Counted from the stretch's first letter, positions 18,691 through 29,100 are shown. The stretch: 64,000 nucleotides of DNA from a virus (IMGVR_UViG_3300035208_008180); one strand, 5' to 3'. The notes: a model not told the origin generated them from the sequence alone. Numbers and translations are program-made.

Positions 18691-21051
18691 TTATGTATAG
18701 GGTTGTTCGGTATTTTCGGTCCAGCTACCAGTACGATGGATGCTGAATTCAATAAACATAAATTCGACTGCCTTAACCGGCTGTACACCGATCTTCGCAC
18801 GGAATTCATTGCGGTCAACTACATCTGGGGTGTTGATGTCCCAGCCGCATTCTATGATATAATCATATAGACCTCTGCCAATTTTAATTTGTTCCAAGAT
18901 ACCCGAAGCTAAGGTGATGAATTTCTTGTGGAATTCATCATCATGGGGATCGAACAACATAAGTTTGGACTGTGATCTGATTTGTTTTTCAATAACAAAC
19001 ATCAGGCGGCGAACATTAACCCGATCCAATGCTGTTGGGGAACGTTGCATCGTTTTTTGTCCCCATACCACAAAGTTCTGCAAGTCGTTGAATTGAACGA
19101 CAGGATTGATGCAGTTTCTGTTTCCATACATTGCATCTCTTTCCGCCAATGTCGGACGACTGAATACGTCAGTGATATTGGGAACGATACCACGAGTCGC
19201 ACCAGCGGGAGCAAACCACGGCTCTGTCAAGAAATCGTTCCTGGCATAAACTGCCATGATGCTTCCAGATGGCGGTATCCATACGTCTACGTGATTGTAA
19301 GTATCACGCAGTTTCAACCACGGCCAGTAAAGTGCCAAGAAGTCTGAATTGAAACGAGTGCCGTTCAATGGATGTGTACCATTTTGCCAAGCAATGATTT
19401 CATTGACAGTGAGACCAAATGGCGGGTCTACAATTCCCATGCAGTCCATTCGATAGTTTTGGCACAAATCAATCATTGCTTCAACGATATCTGTGGAACT
19501 ACGACCAGGAACAGCGACCATATCAATGTCAATTTGTTCTGGTTCGGATACGGCGAACATTCCCGTGTATCCCAAAGCACTACCAATCAACAGTGTGTCT
19601 TGATCTACTGGATCGGCAGGAATACCATCCGAGCCACCAGACAAGGTATACACACCATCTAAAGGCGATGCATGATTTGTTGCGTCATCTGTAACCCTAA
19701 CGAAATCTGAAACCAGTGACAAATAGCTTTCTACATAAAAACGACTGGTTTGATCTTTGGTAAGATTACCCCATGCCTCTACTTCGACGCCATTGTTGTA
19801 AACCATCATGGAGAACACGCCTTCTCGAATATCGTTTACAATTTCAACTGTGGTTTCGTTGCCTTCGATACCCGGCGAATCGGCTTGTAATGTGAAAGTA
19901 TAAGTTCCAGGTGTTGCTGTTCCACCAACAACCTTGCCATAGGTATAAACAGCGGCATCACCACTCACACCCTCTGGTTCGCAATTGCCAACTGCATAGC
20001 AACCACGATGGGTGCTGTTGTCTAGTCCAAACATGGATGCAGTGCTGTCGGATTTGACCAACAAGCGGGCATCAATGCCTTTGTGCAAAGTAGTTAAAGT
20101 TAAATTGCTTCCGCTTGCAGACGCTTCAAATCCGCCAGGAATTGTACCGGCTGTAATTTGATCGTTGATTTCAGTTACAACGTCAGCAGTAGTAATAGGC
20201 TGTGACAATAGTTCTAAGGCCGATAAATCTATTGTTTGCACCACATTATCAATTAGCACACTATCTGTGCCATCGATGACAACTTGCAAATTAAGATTAG
20301 TTACGCCAGTAAGATTCCATGTGCCAGCAGCAGTGTATCCATCATCTGGATATTTGGCCAACAAACCTGTTAGCGTTGCTTCGACCATATCTGTGCCGAT
20401 ACCCATCACAGTATACGCATCATTCAGAACAGATAACAATTCTAAACTAGAGTCTGGACCATAAGCCCAAATAGTTCTTAGTCCAATTTTGTCGCCAGTG
20501 CCGACAAAGAATTCAATGCCATCATATGTGGCATCTAATTGTTCGTTGAGCAATGCAACCAATTCAGTGCATGTATAAGTGCCGTGCAACACAAACAATG
20601 TTTTGGATGCATCAACACCATTGAGCGACCATTTGAAAAAATAGTCATTCGGACCAGCAAAAACATAGTCACCAGCGGTGTTAGATTGTATAACAATCTG
20701 AGTACCTGCTGCATCAACTCCTATTTCGGCGGTTGCTGCATATTCATCACTCACTTGGTCTTGATCTCCTACACGCACAATATAAAGCTCGTTAGCAACG
20801 GTTAAATATTGTTCGGCAGCATAGATCAAGTAAGGATCGCCCACATCAGGATGTGGGTAACCAAAAGTTCTATGAAGCGTATTGTAGTCTGTTACCAATG
20901 TGGGTTGGTTGATTGGACCTTTGCTAGCAAATCCTATCAAAGCAGCCCTATGAAACGTCTGCTCGGTAGCGATAAAACTAAGGTCTTGCTCTGTAATTCG
21001 CACGCTTGGCGAAATTGTATTGCTTGGCGGAAATCCCCTTAAAATCGGCAT
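18691..21051 (-). CDS. Contractile tail sheath protein (gp18-like)
   Basis: SPSVRITEQD, KGPINQP, YWPW, PPSG, WFAPAG, WGQKT, RVNVRRL. Confidence 0.95.
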   Translation of the reverse strand: MPILRGFPPSNTISPSVRITEQDLSFIATEQTFHRAALIGFASKGPINQPTLVTDYNTLHRTFGYPHPDVGDPYLIYAAEQYLTVANELYIVRVGDQDQVSDEYAATAEIGVDAAGTQIVIQSNTAGDYVFAGPNDYFFKWSLNGVDASKTLFVLHGTYTCTELVALLNEQLDATYDGIEFFVGTGDKIGLRTIWAYGPDSSLELLSVLNDAYTVMGIGTDMVEATLTGLLAKYPDDGYTAAGTWNLTGVTNLNLQVVIDGTDSVLIDNVVQTIDLSALELLSQPITTADVVTEINDQITAGTIPGGFEASASGSNLTLTTLHKGIDARLLVKSDSTASMFGLDNSTHRGCYAVGNCEPEGVSGDAAVYTYGKVVGGTATPGTYTFTLQADSPGIEGNETTVEIVNDIREGVFSMMVYNNGVEVEAWGNLTKDQTSRFYVESYLSLVSDFVRVTDDATNHASPLDGVYTLSGGSDGIPADPVDQDTLLIGSALGYTGMFAVSEPEQIDIDMVAVPGRSSTDIVEAMIDLCQNYRMDCMGIVDPPFGLTVNEIIAWQNGTHPLNGTRFNSDFLALYWPWLKLRDTYNHVDVWIPPSGSIMAVYARNDFLTEPWFAPAGATRGIVPNITDVFSRPTLAERDAMYGNRNCINPVVQFNDLQNFVVWGQKTMQRSPTALDRVNVRRLMFVIEKQIRSQSKLMLFDPHDDEFHKKFITLASGILEQIKIGRGLYDYIIECGWDINTPDVVDRNEFRAKIGVQPVKAVEFMFIEFSIHRTGSWTENTEQPYT

Positions 21052-21053
21052 AG

Positions 21054-21281
21054 TTATTCTCCCTTATTAAGTTCTTTATTTGGTATATACTTCGTGGTTA
21101 TAAGTTTAAGTTGTTTTTCAGCCCTTTGAACATATTCGGTAGTAAGTTCATCGGCTAAATAATAAACGTTGTGACCACTACCCAATCCAGGTATGTTTAA
21201 ACAAGTCATTGAGTGTGGCTGTTTCCTATTCTTGATAACCAGTTGTATGGGGCTTCTTTGTTTGTTGGTAATTTCAATCAT
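21054..21281 (-). CDS. Small hypothetical protein
   Basis: 75 aa between the gp15-like gene and the sheath. Confidence 0.55.
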   Translation of the reverse strand: MIEITNKQRSPIQLVIKNRKQPHSMTCLNIPGLGSGHNVYYLADELTTEYVQRAEKQLKLITTKYIPNKELNKGE

Positions 21282-21293
21282 TGTCTTTTTCCA

Positions 21294-22280
21294 CTATTTG
21301 TCCAAATCATTTACAGCAACTTCTATTCTGTTGAATACTTCAGTGATGTCTTCTTCTTTCACCGAATTGTAAACATCTGTTTTCATATCCAACACAGCTT
21401 TTCTACGAATGATTGGCTGTGGTATATATGTTTCTGCTGTTAAATTAAATTCGTATTTTATTACTCTTTTTTTTTCTCCCGGTTCTACATCTAAATTATT
21501 GGCCACACTGTCCAAGGTGACAATTGATTCCCATTGCACACCCCTAACAGCTATGTATGCAATGGGGCTAAATTTTAATTGGATTTGTTCCACTATTTGG
21601 TTCATATCTTCCACATAAAGCGTCCAAGCATATAAAGTATAGCCAATTTTTACGGGAAGTCCCCATGCCACGCCAAAAACTGTATCTCTTTCTTTGCGTT
21701 CTTTTACAGTAAAAGTAGGCTTATTATCGGGACGATACTTCAGGTAATTTACAGCCTTGTGATAAATATATCGATCTCTAAATAATTCAAAACTAGTATC
21801 ACGGATAGCCAGCATTGGCAATTTAGGACGATCTGTTACCAAAGAATTATCTTTGCGAACATTATGCTGGAGAATAACAGCCACAGCCCTTTCTTGACTT
21901 CCCCAAATAATAGGCACCGGATGTGCTTTTCCATGAGTATCAATAGTCACAAGTCCTGTAAACAAATCTCTTACCGCTTCATCACACCCTCTTTTAGCTT
22001 TTGTGTATCGATAAACATATTCTCTGGTAGGGTGCTCTAAATCATTGATAATTTGGCCTGTTTGCATTGGATCGCAATTGCGATGCTTGCCAAGTGGAGA
22101 ATTTTCACAATTAGCATCAAGCCAGCCATAATCTATCCCTGTTTTTACTCTATTTAAACTATCTCGATCATCTTCACAGTATTTTGGTGTGATATCGTTA
22201 TTCATGTCTCCTTGCAAACCAATATCATTGCAAGGATTCAAGGATTGCTGATCGGGATTACCAGGGTTTACATTTGCCAC
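21294..22280 (-). CDS. Tail completion/sheath stabilizer (gp15-like)
   Basis: PVPIIWG, LPMLAI, EDMNQIVEQI..KF.P; GTG start at 22280 with SD AGGAG. Confidence 0.7.
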   Translation of the reverse strand: MANVNPGNPDQQSLNPCNDIGLQGDMNNDITPKYCEDDRDSLNRVKTGIDYGWLDANCENSPLGKHRNCDPMQTGQIINDLEHPTREYVYRYTKAKRGCDEAVRDLFTGLVTIDTHGKAHPVPIIWGSQERAVAVILQHNVRKDNSLVTDRPKLPMLAIRDTSFELFRDRYIYHKAVNYLKYRPDNKPTFTVKERKERDTVFGVAWGLPVKIGYTLYAWTLYVEDMNQIVEQIQLKFSPIAYIAVRGVQWESIVTLDSVANNLDVEPGEKKRVIKYEFNLTAETYIPQPIIRRKAVLDMKTDVYNSVKEEDITEVFNRIEVAVNDLDK

Positions 22281-22418
22281 AAAAACTCCTAAATGAAATA
22301 CTTCAATATTCAAAAATCCACAAAACGTATTCCAACTTATTCAGTGGTTGTTTCTCAGAAGTATTTATCCAAACCACAATTACCTTTACGATGGTTTAGA
22401 AACACTCCAAAAATCACA

Positions 22419-22958
22419 TCACTTGCCGACCGGGGCAACGGACTTACCTTTGTTTCCTAAAACCTTAAATGGTTCAACTGTTCCGTTTTGAGCCACATGT
22501 CCTTTATAATCAGCACTTAAATCTTTTGTTAAATCACGAGTGCCTTTGGATTTCTTTTCATCACAAGCACATTTCTTCATGCCATGAGGTGCAGTAGGAC
22601 GACCATCACACTCTCTTAACTCTACCCATTTGCCAAATTTCATAATGTTTCCTTCGTGTCTGTATGGAAGTTCTGAACGATCACCCGAAGCAGCAGCCAT
22701 TGCCCTTAGTTGCGTAACATCAGGACTGTAAGGAGTTGCTGATCCTCTGGTCAGGGCGGTTGGTGGCAAGTTTCTTTTGGATGGTCGAATTGACCAAACA
22801 AGCTTGCCACTTAAAGGGGTTCTCGCAAGCCAATATTCTTCTCCTTCATGGTTGACCAAAGTTTCGTATCCATGTCTTGGTAGTTTGCCTTTCGCAAGTG
22901 CCAGAGCGTCTTGTTGGCTTATTTGAAGAAACCCATGATCGATTGGTGTTGTTTTCAT
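22419..22958 (-). CDS. Hypothetical protein with possible internal start at 22643
   Basis: 179 aa; internal MKFGKWVELRE preceded by GAAGGA. Confidence 0.55.
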   Translation of the reverse strand: MKTTPIDHGFLQISQQDALALAKGKLPRHGYETLVNHEGEEYWLARTPLSGKLVWSIRPSKRNLPPTALTRGSATPYSPDVTQLRAMAAASGDRSELPYRHEGNIMKFGKWVELRECDGRPTAPHGMKKCACDEKKSKGTRDLTKDLSADYKGHVAQNGTVEPFKVLGNKGKSVAPVGK

Positions 22959-22964
22959 AATACC

Positions 22965-23504
22965 TCAGTTTATTTTAAAGTCTGGTTTTTTTTGAGTAAC
23001 TGTTCCCTCGCCCGTGGTGGTGCTTTCTTGGAATCTGACACAAACTAATTGCAAGCGAATCTCTGCCCACATTTTGTATTCACTTAATTTTCTTTGCACA
23101 ATTTCCCAGTTTTCACCCTTATGAGGAGTGTAAATTCTAGACCCGACCTTGGGAGGATGTCCAACAGTATCAAGAACCGCTCTATAATTTAATTCAAAGG
23201 TCATCTCATCATTAGAATCAATTCCATATGAGGATTGATAATTTTGTTGAGTTACTGGCTCATACAGAGCCCACAATTGTATAGGAACGTTTGAAAATAA
23301 TTTTCCCCTATCTTCCCAATACAACTCATCAACTGTATTGCTGGTCTGAATATAAACTTCATAATAGATAATAGGAGCCCCGGTACGTTGGATAAGTTCT
23401 TGATCCCAGAGATTAAAGGTATTAATTTCAGGATTGTTAGGATCAAATTGTTGAGCAGAGCCAACTACGTTATAGGGCAACCCATCACTTCTTCTGATAG
23501 TCAT
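22965..23504 (-). CDS. Neck/head-closure protein (gp14-like)
   Basis: DELYWE, YEP, YGIDS.DE..F, P.VG..IY; synteny with gp13/gp15. Confidence 0.65.
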   Translation of the reverse strand: MTIRRSDGLPYNVVGSAQQFDPNNPEINTFNLWDQELIQRTGAPIIYYEVYIQTSNTVDELYWEDRGKLFSNVPIQLWALYEPVTQQNYQSSYGIDSNDEMTFELNYRAVLDTVGHPPKVGSRIYTPHKGENWEIVQRKLSEYKMWAEIRLQLVCVRFQESTTTGEGTVTQKKPDFKIN

Positions 23505-23533
23505 ATGGGTATTTATCCCCACAAGTTATATTT

Positions 23534-23944
23534 TTAGCCACCGCCTGCTAATTCAATTCTCGGACTCACAGCAATTGTTCCACCACCAGCAGGTAAATTA
23601 AATGGAGCACCAGCAAAACGCTCGGCCCATAATAACTCAAGCCCAGTAATATCAGTTACATAATAGCCGTACACTGTTGCCCCTGTTGTAAAAGTAAAAG
23701 TTTGCTGAGAATATAATCCAGTAGTTGTACCGCCAACTGATTGAACGGTCCACTGTGCAGAATCTAGTGTAATGGGACCATTATTATCAGTTGCAGGTGT
23801 GAATGTGCCCAAAGTATCTCCATGAGCAGGAGTAGTATCACTTTTATAGAGAACCATTACTTTGTCGTCCGCTGGGGCTGGGGACATATTCAAAATATAT
23901 TGAAGTAAAAGAACTTCACCAACATCAGGACATACTATAGCCAT
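23534..23944 (-). CDS. Putative virion structural protein
   Basis: G/T-rich beta protein; VYGYYV...LLWAERF. Confidence 0.55.
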   Translation of the reverse strand: MAIVCPDVGEVLLLQYILNMSPAPADDKVMVLYKSDTTPAHGDTLGTFTPATDNNGPITLDSAQWTVQSVGGTTTGLYSQQTFTFTTGATVYGYYVTDITGLELLWAERFAGAPFNLPAGGGTIAVSPRIELAGGG

Positions 23945-24011
23945 AATTTAACCTCGCTCTTTTTAAATATTTAAGCACCAAAAATGATTTCTTTACTCCA
24001 TTAATAGAGTA

Positions 24012-24593
24012 ATGGCAATTAAAAACAAAGATGGCAGTATTTATCAGCTTAATAAGCCAAATCCATTGACCGATGGGCAGGTTTGGCGGGATATGGTTTT
24101 TTACAATTGTTATTGGGAAGGCGAAACAGTCCCCGACACAACTGTAAAACTTCCCCCCAAGAAATTTGAGTTACCTAAAATTGCTGCAAAGGAAATGGAA
24201 CCCTTATCCAAACCAGAGCCTGTTCAGCCCTTGCCCGAACTTGATAAAAGCGAAATTCCAGAACGAGTGCTTAAAAATATTGTAAGTGTATATTGTCTGC
24301 CAGCAAAAATTGAAACGGAAAAAGATGAGCTATATGATGAAGAAAGAGAAGTTGTAAAATATGGGGAAAAATTCTCTTTTGAAGCTATTATGGTGGAACG
24401 AACTGATTTGTATATAAAAATATGGACACGCAAAATTTTACCAACACAATCAATTATTTACCCATCTGTATTTGTCAAGGGAGAAATAAAGTTTGGCGAC
24501 TATCGTTGGTGGAAAGTGGTAGAAATGGAAGAAAAGTCAGGAGGTTATTTAGTAACATCCACACCCTCTGAACTGCAACCAGATTTTTCCTGA
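24012..24593 (+). CDS. Hypothetical protein
   Basis: 193 aa ORF. Confidence 0.6.
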   Translation: MAIKNKDGSIYQLNKPNPLTDGQVWRDMVFYNCYWEGETVPDTTVKLPPKKFELPKIAAKEMEPLSKPEPVQPLPELDKSEIPERVLKNIVSVYCLPAKIETEKDELYDEEREVVKYGEKFSFEAIMVERTDLYIKIWTRKILPTQSIIYPSVFVKGEIKFGDYRWWKVVEMEEKSGGYLVTSTPSELQPDFS

Positions 24594-24883
24594 AATATAG
24601 GCTTTGGATTTGTAAGTTCCCCAGATTTAATAATTGCTTTATGACCAGCCGACTCTAATGCTTGATGATGGTCTTCTACACATTTCAAATAAGCCACCTC
24701 ATAGATGTCTACTACAAATCTACCGAAATCCTCCAAATCCTTTTGCGTAACTAACACGCCACAGATACGTTGCATTAGCTCATCGTGTTGCCCATATCTG
24801 TCTTTCAAAATCTGACTTACATATTTTCTTATCATCACAAGTTGTGGATGACTAAGAGCATTGACCCAATTTTCATTTGCCAT
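24545..24883 (-). CDS. Hypothetical protein
   Basis: 112 aa ORF. Confidence 0.5.
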   Translation of the reverse strand: MANENWVNALSHPQLVMIRKYVSQILKDRYGQHDELMQRICGVLVTQKDLEDFGRFVVDIYEVAYLKCVEDHHQALESAGHKAIIKSGELTNPKPIFQEKSGCSSEGVDVTK

Positions 24884-25046
24884 TTTGTTTTTTCTCTTTT
24901 TTCTTCAACTTAACATCTCCTACTGACCGGAGTTTTCCACCGGATGGAGCCCCCTGCCAACCGCCAGACGCTCCCCCAGGGTCTTGCCCCACATAAGGCA
25001 CACCAGCACCTGCTTCTCTCATTTTTATCCATTCAGAAAATTTCAT
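24873..25046 (-). CDS. Small putative internal head protein
   Basis: MKFSEWIKMRE start with SD GGAGG. Confidence 0.55.
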   Translation of the reverse strand: MKFSEWIKMREAGAGVPYVGQDPGGASGGWQGAPSGGKLRSVGDVKLKKKEKKQNGK

Positions 25047-25075
25047 ATTTGCACCTCCGTGCTCTATATATCCGT

Positions 25076-25957
25076 ATGAACAACACATTAGCCATTTCCA
25101 CGCCAAGCAAAACTTCAATGGCATCCGTTACATGTAATGCGTCTTGTAGCGACCTCGGCCCAACAGACCCACTATACAAAAATCAATTGGGACCACGCAA
25201 AAAAAGAGAGCAAGTCCGAGAGCAAATCAAAGACTACGTTCTGCTAATGCTAGGAGCCCCTGTAAATAAAATAGAATTGGATCAACAAAATTTAGACTTC
25301 TGCGTAGATCAATCATTAAAAATTATTGAAGATTATGCCCCAAGGGAATACTTCAATTACTACACATTCATAGCCACCCCAGGTAAAAGTGTTTATGAAA
25401 TGCCGCCCGAAGTTGGCATTATTAGAAATGTATATTATAAAAAACATGGAACTTTTGCCTTCCAAGCATCAGACTTAGATGGAGCCATTCCTATAGAATA
25501 TTTCTACCCAGGCGGAAGCTATGCCAGCATTCAGGGAGGTTTAATTGACCCCATTCAACCCATTTGGGGGAGAATGGGAGAGTGGACATTGTATAAACAA
25601 TACGAACAAACCTATTCTAGAATTAGTTCTAATATTGGTGGTTGGGAATTTATTAATGATATGAGAGCCGTCAAATTATATCCAACCCCCTATGCGGCCC
25701 AAAAAGTAATTGTCCAGTATTTACAAAAAATGAAAGACTGGGGCGAAGTTACACAATCCATGCAAGAACTCGCACTTACCTATGCCAAGGAAATGTTGGG
25801 AAGAATTAGAAGCAAATTCCAAACAGCCCCAGGCCCAGGTGGCGGGATTCAATTAGATGGACAAGCACTTCTGCAAGAAGCAAGAGAAGATAGAAAGCAA
25901 CTTTTTGAAGATTTGATATACAAATTCGGTGAGCCTATGGGTCCATCGCTCGATTAG
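25076..25957 (+). CDS. Neck protein (gp13-like)
   Basis: IKDYVLLMLGAP..IELD, LG.IRSKF..PGP.GGIQLDG..LL.EA. Confidence 0.8.
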   Translation: MNNTLAISTPSKTSMASVTCNASCSDLGPTDPLYKNQLGPRKKREQVREQIKDYVLLMLGAPVNKIELDQQNLDFCVDQSLKIIEDYAPREYFNYYTFIATPGKSVYEMPPEVGIIRNVYYKKHGTFAFQASDLDGAIPIEYFYPGGSYASIQGGLIDPIQPIWGRMGEWTLYKQYEQTYSRISSNIGGWEFINDMRAVKLYPTPYAAQKVIVQYLQKMKDWGEVTQSMQELALTYAKEMLGRIRSKFQTAPGPGGGIQLDGQALLQEAREDRKQLFEDLIYKFGEPMGPSLD

Positions 25958-26018
25958 TGGGACCAACTCTTGATTGAAAATCAAAATTTCTTTACTATAT
26001 AATGTAAGGAGATTTTTT

Positions 26019-26768
26019 ATGTTACAAAGAACGACAAAAGAGGTTGCACAATACTTTTCAGATAATAGATGCGAATTACTTGATGAATATATTGGTTGTA
26101 TGAATAAAATGAAATATCGATGTTCTTGTGGCAACATTTCATCAATTACTTGGAATAATTTTACTAAGGGCAAACGATGTGGGTGTGGCTCCAAGTATAG
26201 GAGAAGATATACATTTGAAGATGTAAATAAAATATTTACAGATTATGGATTTGTTCTTATATCAAATGAATATCCTGGTTATAAAAACCCACTAAAATAC
26301 AAGTGTAAATGTGGAGCAAATAGAGAAAAATCATTATATCATTTTTTACATAATGGCAAACATTGTGATAAATGTGCTCATAAAATTATGGGTATGAAAA
26401 GACGCAATCCCAATCGCTCATTCGAACGTAAATTCAAAGCAAAAATGCATAAAGCTTTGCGAACTTGTCTACAAGCTATCGGCAAGACTAAGGCAGGACA
26501 CACCGCCGATCTCTTGGGATATGGACCAAAGGACTTGCAAACAAGAGTTACTAATCACCCAGACTGGCATAATGTAAAAGATCAAGTTTGGCATCTCGAT
26601 CATATTTTCCCTATTCAGGCATTTATCCGCTATAAAATCAATGATTTAAAACTCATCAATTGCCTTGAAAACCTTCGCCCAATGAATGGAAAGGAAAATG
26701 ACATCAAGCACAATAGATACAATAAGCAGGATTTTGAGTTTTGGCTAAGACTCAAAGGAGCATTATGA
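26019..26768 (+). CDS. HNH homing endonuclease-like protein
   Basis: Repeated Y.C.CG modules; WHLDHIFP...NCLENLRP...EN..K.N. Confidence 0.75.
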   Translation: MLQRTTKEVAQYFSDNRCELLDEYIGCMNKMKYRCSCGNISSITWNNFTKGKRCGCGSKYRRRYTFEDVNKIFTDYGFVLISNEYPGYKNPLKYKCKCGANREKSLYHFLHNGKHCDKCAHKIMGMKRRNPNRSFERKFKAKMHKALRTCLQAIGKTKAGHTADLLGYGPKDLQTRVTNHPDWHNVKDQVWHLDHIFPIQAFIRYKINDLKLINCLENLRPMNGKENDIKHNRYNKQDFEFWLRLKGAL

Positions 26769-26938
26769 TTACGTTTAAAGAATGGCAAGAGGGAACAATT
26801 AAAGGGCTTCCAGAACTTGGATTTACGGGTGGACCCCCAGCTTTTCACGACATAGAAGATCGGGTTGAACAACTAGAAAACAAAGTTGATTTGTTGATGA
26901 AAATAGTACGACCCGAAACTATGCGGATTGCTTCTTAA
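26765..26938 (+). CDS. Small putative internal head protein
   Basis: MITFKEWQE start with SD AAGGAG. Confidence 0.55.
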   Translation: MITFKEWQEGTIKGLPELGFTGGPPAFHDIEDRVEQLENKVDLLMKIVRPETMRIAS

Positions 26939-26968
26939 AATCCTTTTACAAAAACTACATACTTTAGC

Positions 26969-27424
26969 ATGAATTTTAAAGAATTTATTACTGAGTCTAC
27001 GACATCCAGGTATAGTGTCGAGGTAAATTACCGCACCAGAAAACAAGAGGTTTTAGAAGCGGCGGGCAAAATTACCTTGGGCTATGTTAGTGCTGCTCTC
27101 AAACAAAATGGATATCATGTTAAACAATTGTTTGACGAAACACCTATTCGCATTGTTGTTTCAACTCGCAATTTTGAAGAAGGCGAATGGGTTGGCTTCC
27201 TGATATTTTATTCTAAAGATGGCGGAAAATATGTGATTGCTAATGGATTTTATAACAGAGGACAAAAAAGCGTATCATTACAAACTTGGAAGGATGCCAA
27301 AGGTGATTCCCCCGCTGAACTAGCCGCCGAGATGAGAACGGTTATGTTTGAATTAAAAGAACGCAAAGATCGACATTTGCCCAGCTTGAAGCCCATTCCT
27401 TTAAAAAGAGGACCAAAGAAATGA
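26969..27424 (+). CDS. Putative internal head protein
   Basis: MNFKEFITE. Confidence 0.6.
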   Translation: MNFKEFITESTTSRYSVEVNYRTRKQEVLEAAGKITLGYVSAALKQNGYHVKQLFDETPIRIVVSTRNFEEGEWVGFLIFYSKDGGKYVIANGFYNRGQKSVSLQTWKDAKGDSPAELAAEMRTVMFELKERKDRHLPSLKPIPLKRGPKK

Positions 27425-27729
27425 AAACATATAAGGAATTTGCGGAACAAGTTGGTGATTTTAAAGATCAGGAAACTTTATTAAAGACCTTGGGCTTAAA
27501 ATCTGTGCCTCCAAAAAAACAATTAAAAGTAGTTGGTAATACAGAGCCTGAATATGATCCCCAAGCAGAAAAGGCACAAGGTGATTTATATGCCTCTTTG
27601 GTAAAAGAATTACAAGATTTATTGGACACTTTGGACTGGGATGAAAGCAATGTGGTGGGAATTCAACAAGCTCTTGCTAAAATCAATCACCAGGGACAGG
27701 CTTATCTCAAGCATATATCAAGCAAATGA
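27421..27729 (+). CDS. Putative internal head protein
   Basis: MKTYKEFAE, close to T4 IPIII MKTYQEFIAE. Confidence 0.6.
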   Translation: MKTYKEFAEQVGDFKDQETLLKTLGLKSVPPKKQLKVVGNTEPEYDPQAEKAQGDLYASLVKELQDLLDTLDWDESNVVGIQQALAKINHQGQAYLKHISSK

Positions 27730-28571
27730 AATTTTTAGAATGGGCAGAACAACGCCAACAACAACCGATAGCCGCACAACCAGTCATTTCCTATGACTTC
27801 GATGGTGTTTTACACACGGACGTTTACCCTGGAACCATTCACCCCGTAGATTTTGATACCGCTGATCTTACCCCTAATTTACCAATGCATCGACAACTCA
27901 GAGACGATGCCAGAAAAGCCAAAATCATTGTTGTTACCGCTCGAAACCAAGATGGAATAATGGACGATGCCGCCAGACAGTTTGTTAGAAAGCATAATCT
28001 ACCCGTCTCTGCTTTTTTCTTTACAAATGGTGGACAAAAGGTTTCTATACTCAAACAACAACACGCAATTAAACATTATGATGACGATCCCCGGATGAGG
28101 GCTCAATTGATGGACACAGGCATTGAATTTGTTCTAGTGCGACCACAAATGGAATCGACAATATATGAGTCAGTAAAGAAAAGAAAGAAAACCAAACCTG
28201 CCGCTGGTATATTTTTCACAGACGGCAGAGCGGTGCTAATGCTCAAGCGACGACCACCAGGAAGCAATCCTAATACATGGGGACTTCCAGGCGGTCACTC
28301 AGAGGGCGAAGAAACGCCACTTATGGCCGCTCAAAGAGAAGCACGAGAAGAATGCGGCAAAATGACCGGCAAGAAATTCGGTGTGCTAACCAGCGGTGCT
28401 TGGACTTGTTTTTTTTACCAAGTGCCAAAGACTTTTCGTTGTGAAATTAGCGAGGAACACGACGCTTGGGAATGGGTAAAATTTGAAGAACTTAAACACT
28501 TGCAATTACATCCCCAATTCAAAAAACAAATGCAAAGATATATTGCATTTGTGAAAAGACACTTTGCCTAA
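27726..28571 (+). CDS. HAD-like phosphatase + NUDIX hydrolase fusion
   Basis: YDFDGVL, VTAR, YDDD; Nudix box GGHSEGEETPLMAAQREAREECG. Confidence 0.85.
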   Translation: MKFLEWAEQRQQQPIAAQPVISYDFDGVLHTDVYPGTIHPVDFDTADLTPNLPMHRQLRDDARKAKIIVVTARNQDGIMDDAARQFVRKHNLPVSAFFFTNGGQKVSILKQQHAIKHYDDDPRMRAQLMDTGIEFVLVRPQMESTIYESVKKRKKTKPAAGIFFTDGRAVLMLKRRPPGSNPNTWGLPGGHSEGEETPLMAAQREAREECGKMTGKKFGVLTSGAWTCFFYQVPKTFRCEISEEHDAWEWVKFEELKHLQLHPQFKKQMQRYIAFVKRHFA

Positions 28572-28780
28572 ATTCTAGTGTTCCAGGCTTCTATAATTCT
28601 TTCTTCCAACACACTAAATTTTGTTTTTTCGTCCTCCGGTGGAGGCTCTACAGGAGATTGTGGGTGAATTATGCAATTTTTATTTTTGCATCCCACACGA
28701 GGCATGCTTGTCCATTTTGCTTCCCATAAAACTGCTTCACCACCGCAAAATGGACAAGGTTTAAGATCGGGGTAGCTCAT
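28568..28780 (-). CDS. Lar-family (restriction alleviation-like) Zn protein
   Basis: LKPCPFCGGEA...AWNTR. Confidence 0.7.
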   Translation of the reverse strand: MSYPDLKPCPFCGGEAVLWEAKWTSMPRVGCKNKNCIIHPQSPVEPPPEDEKTKFSVLEERIIEAWNTRI

Positions 28781-29055
28781 CGTGTCTTCCCTCTACCTCT
28801 TTCAACGATAATTTCCTGTCGATCACCACTGAGATTGTTTTCTACCACTCTATAACCGATGGCATTAAAGCAAAGAACAGTACGATCAAAGAGCCATCGA
28901 TCTTTCATTTCCCCGCCAAGAAAAAGGATTTCCTTTTTAGTATGGAAAAACTGAAAACGTTGACCTGTGTCTGGAATCTTCCAGATGCCGCCCTCTTTCA
29001 AAAGAGAGACTATTCTTCGACCCCAGGTAATATCACTTGGACTAGGTTTCCACAT
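28777..29055 (-). CDS. Hypothetical protein
   Basis: ORF starting MWKPS just after the hairpin. Confidence 0.5.
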   Translation of the reverse strand: MWKPSPSDITWGRRIVSLLKEGGIWKIPDTGQRFQFFHTKKEILFLGGEMKDRWLFDRTVLCFNAIGYRVVENNLSGDRQEIIVERGRGKTR

Positions 29056-29057
29056 AA

Positions 29058-29100
29058 TAAAAATCCGCACCCGCCCAAAATTGCTTCTGAGCGGGTGCGG
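29058..29100 (-). terminator. Strong hairpin/terminator after the MVP gene
   Basis: Minus-strand RNA CCGCACCCGCUCAGAA-GCAA-UUUUGGGCGGGUGCGG (16 bp incl. G-U, GNRA loop), then AUUUUUA. Confidence 0.75.
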
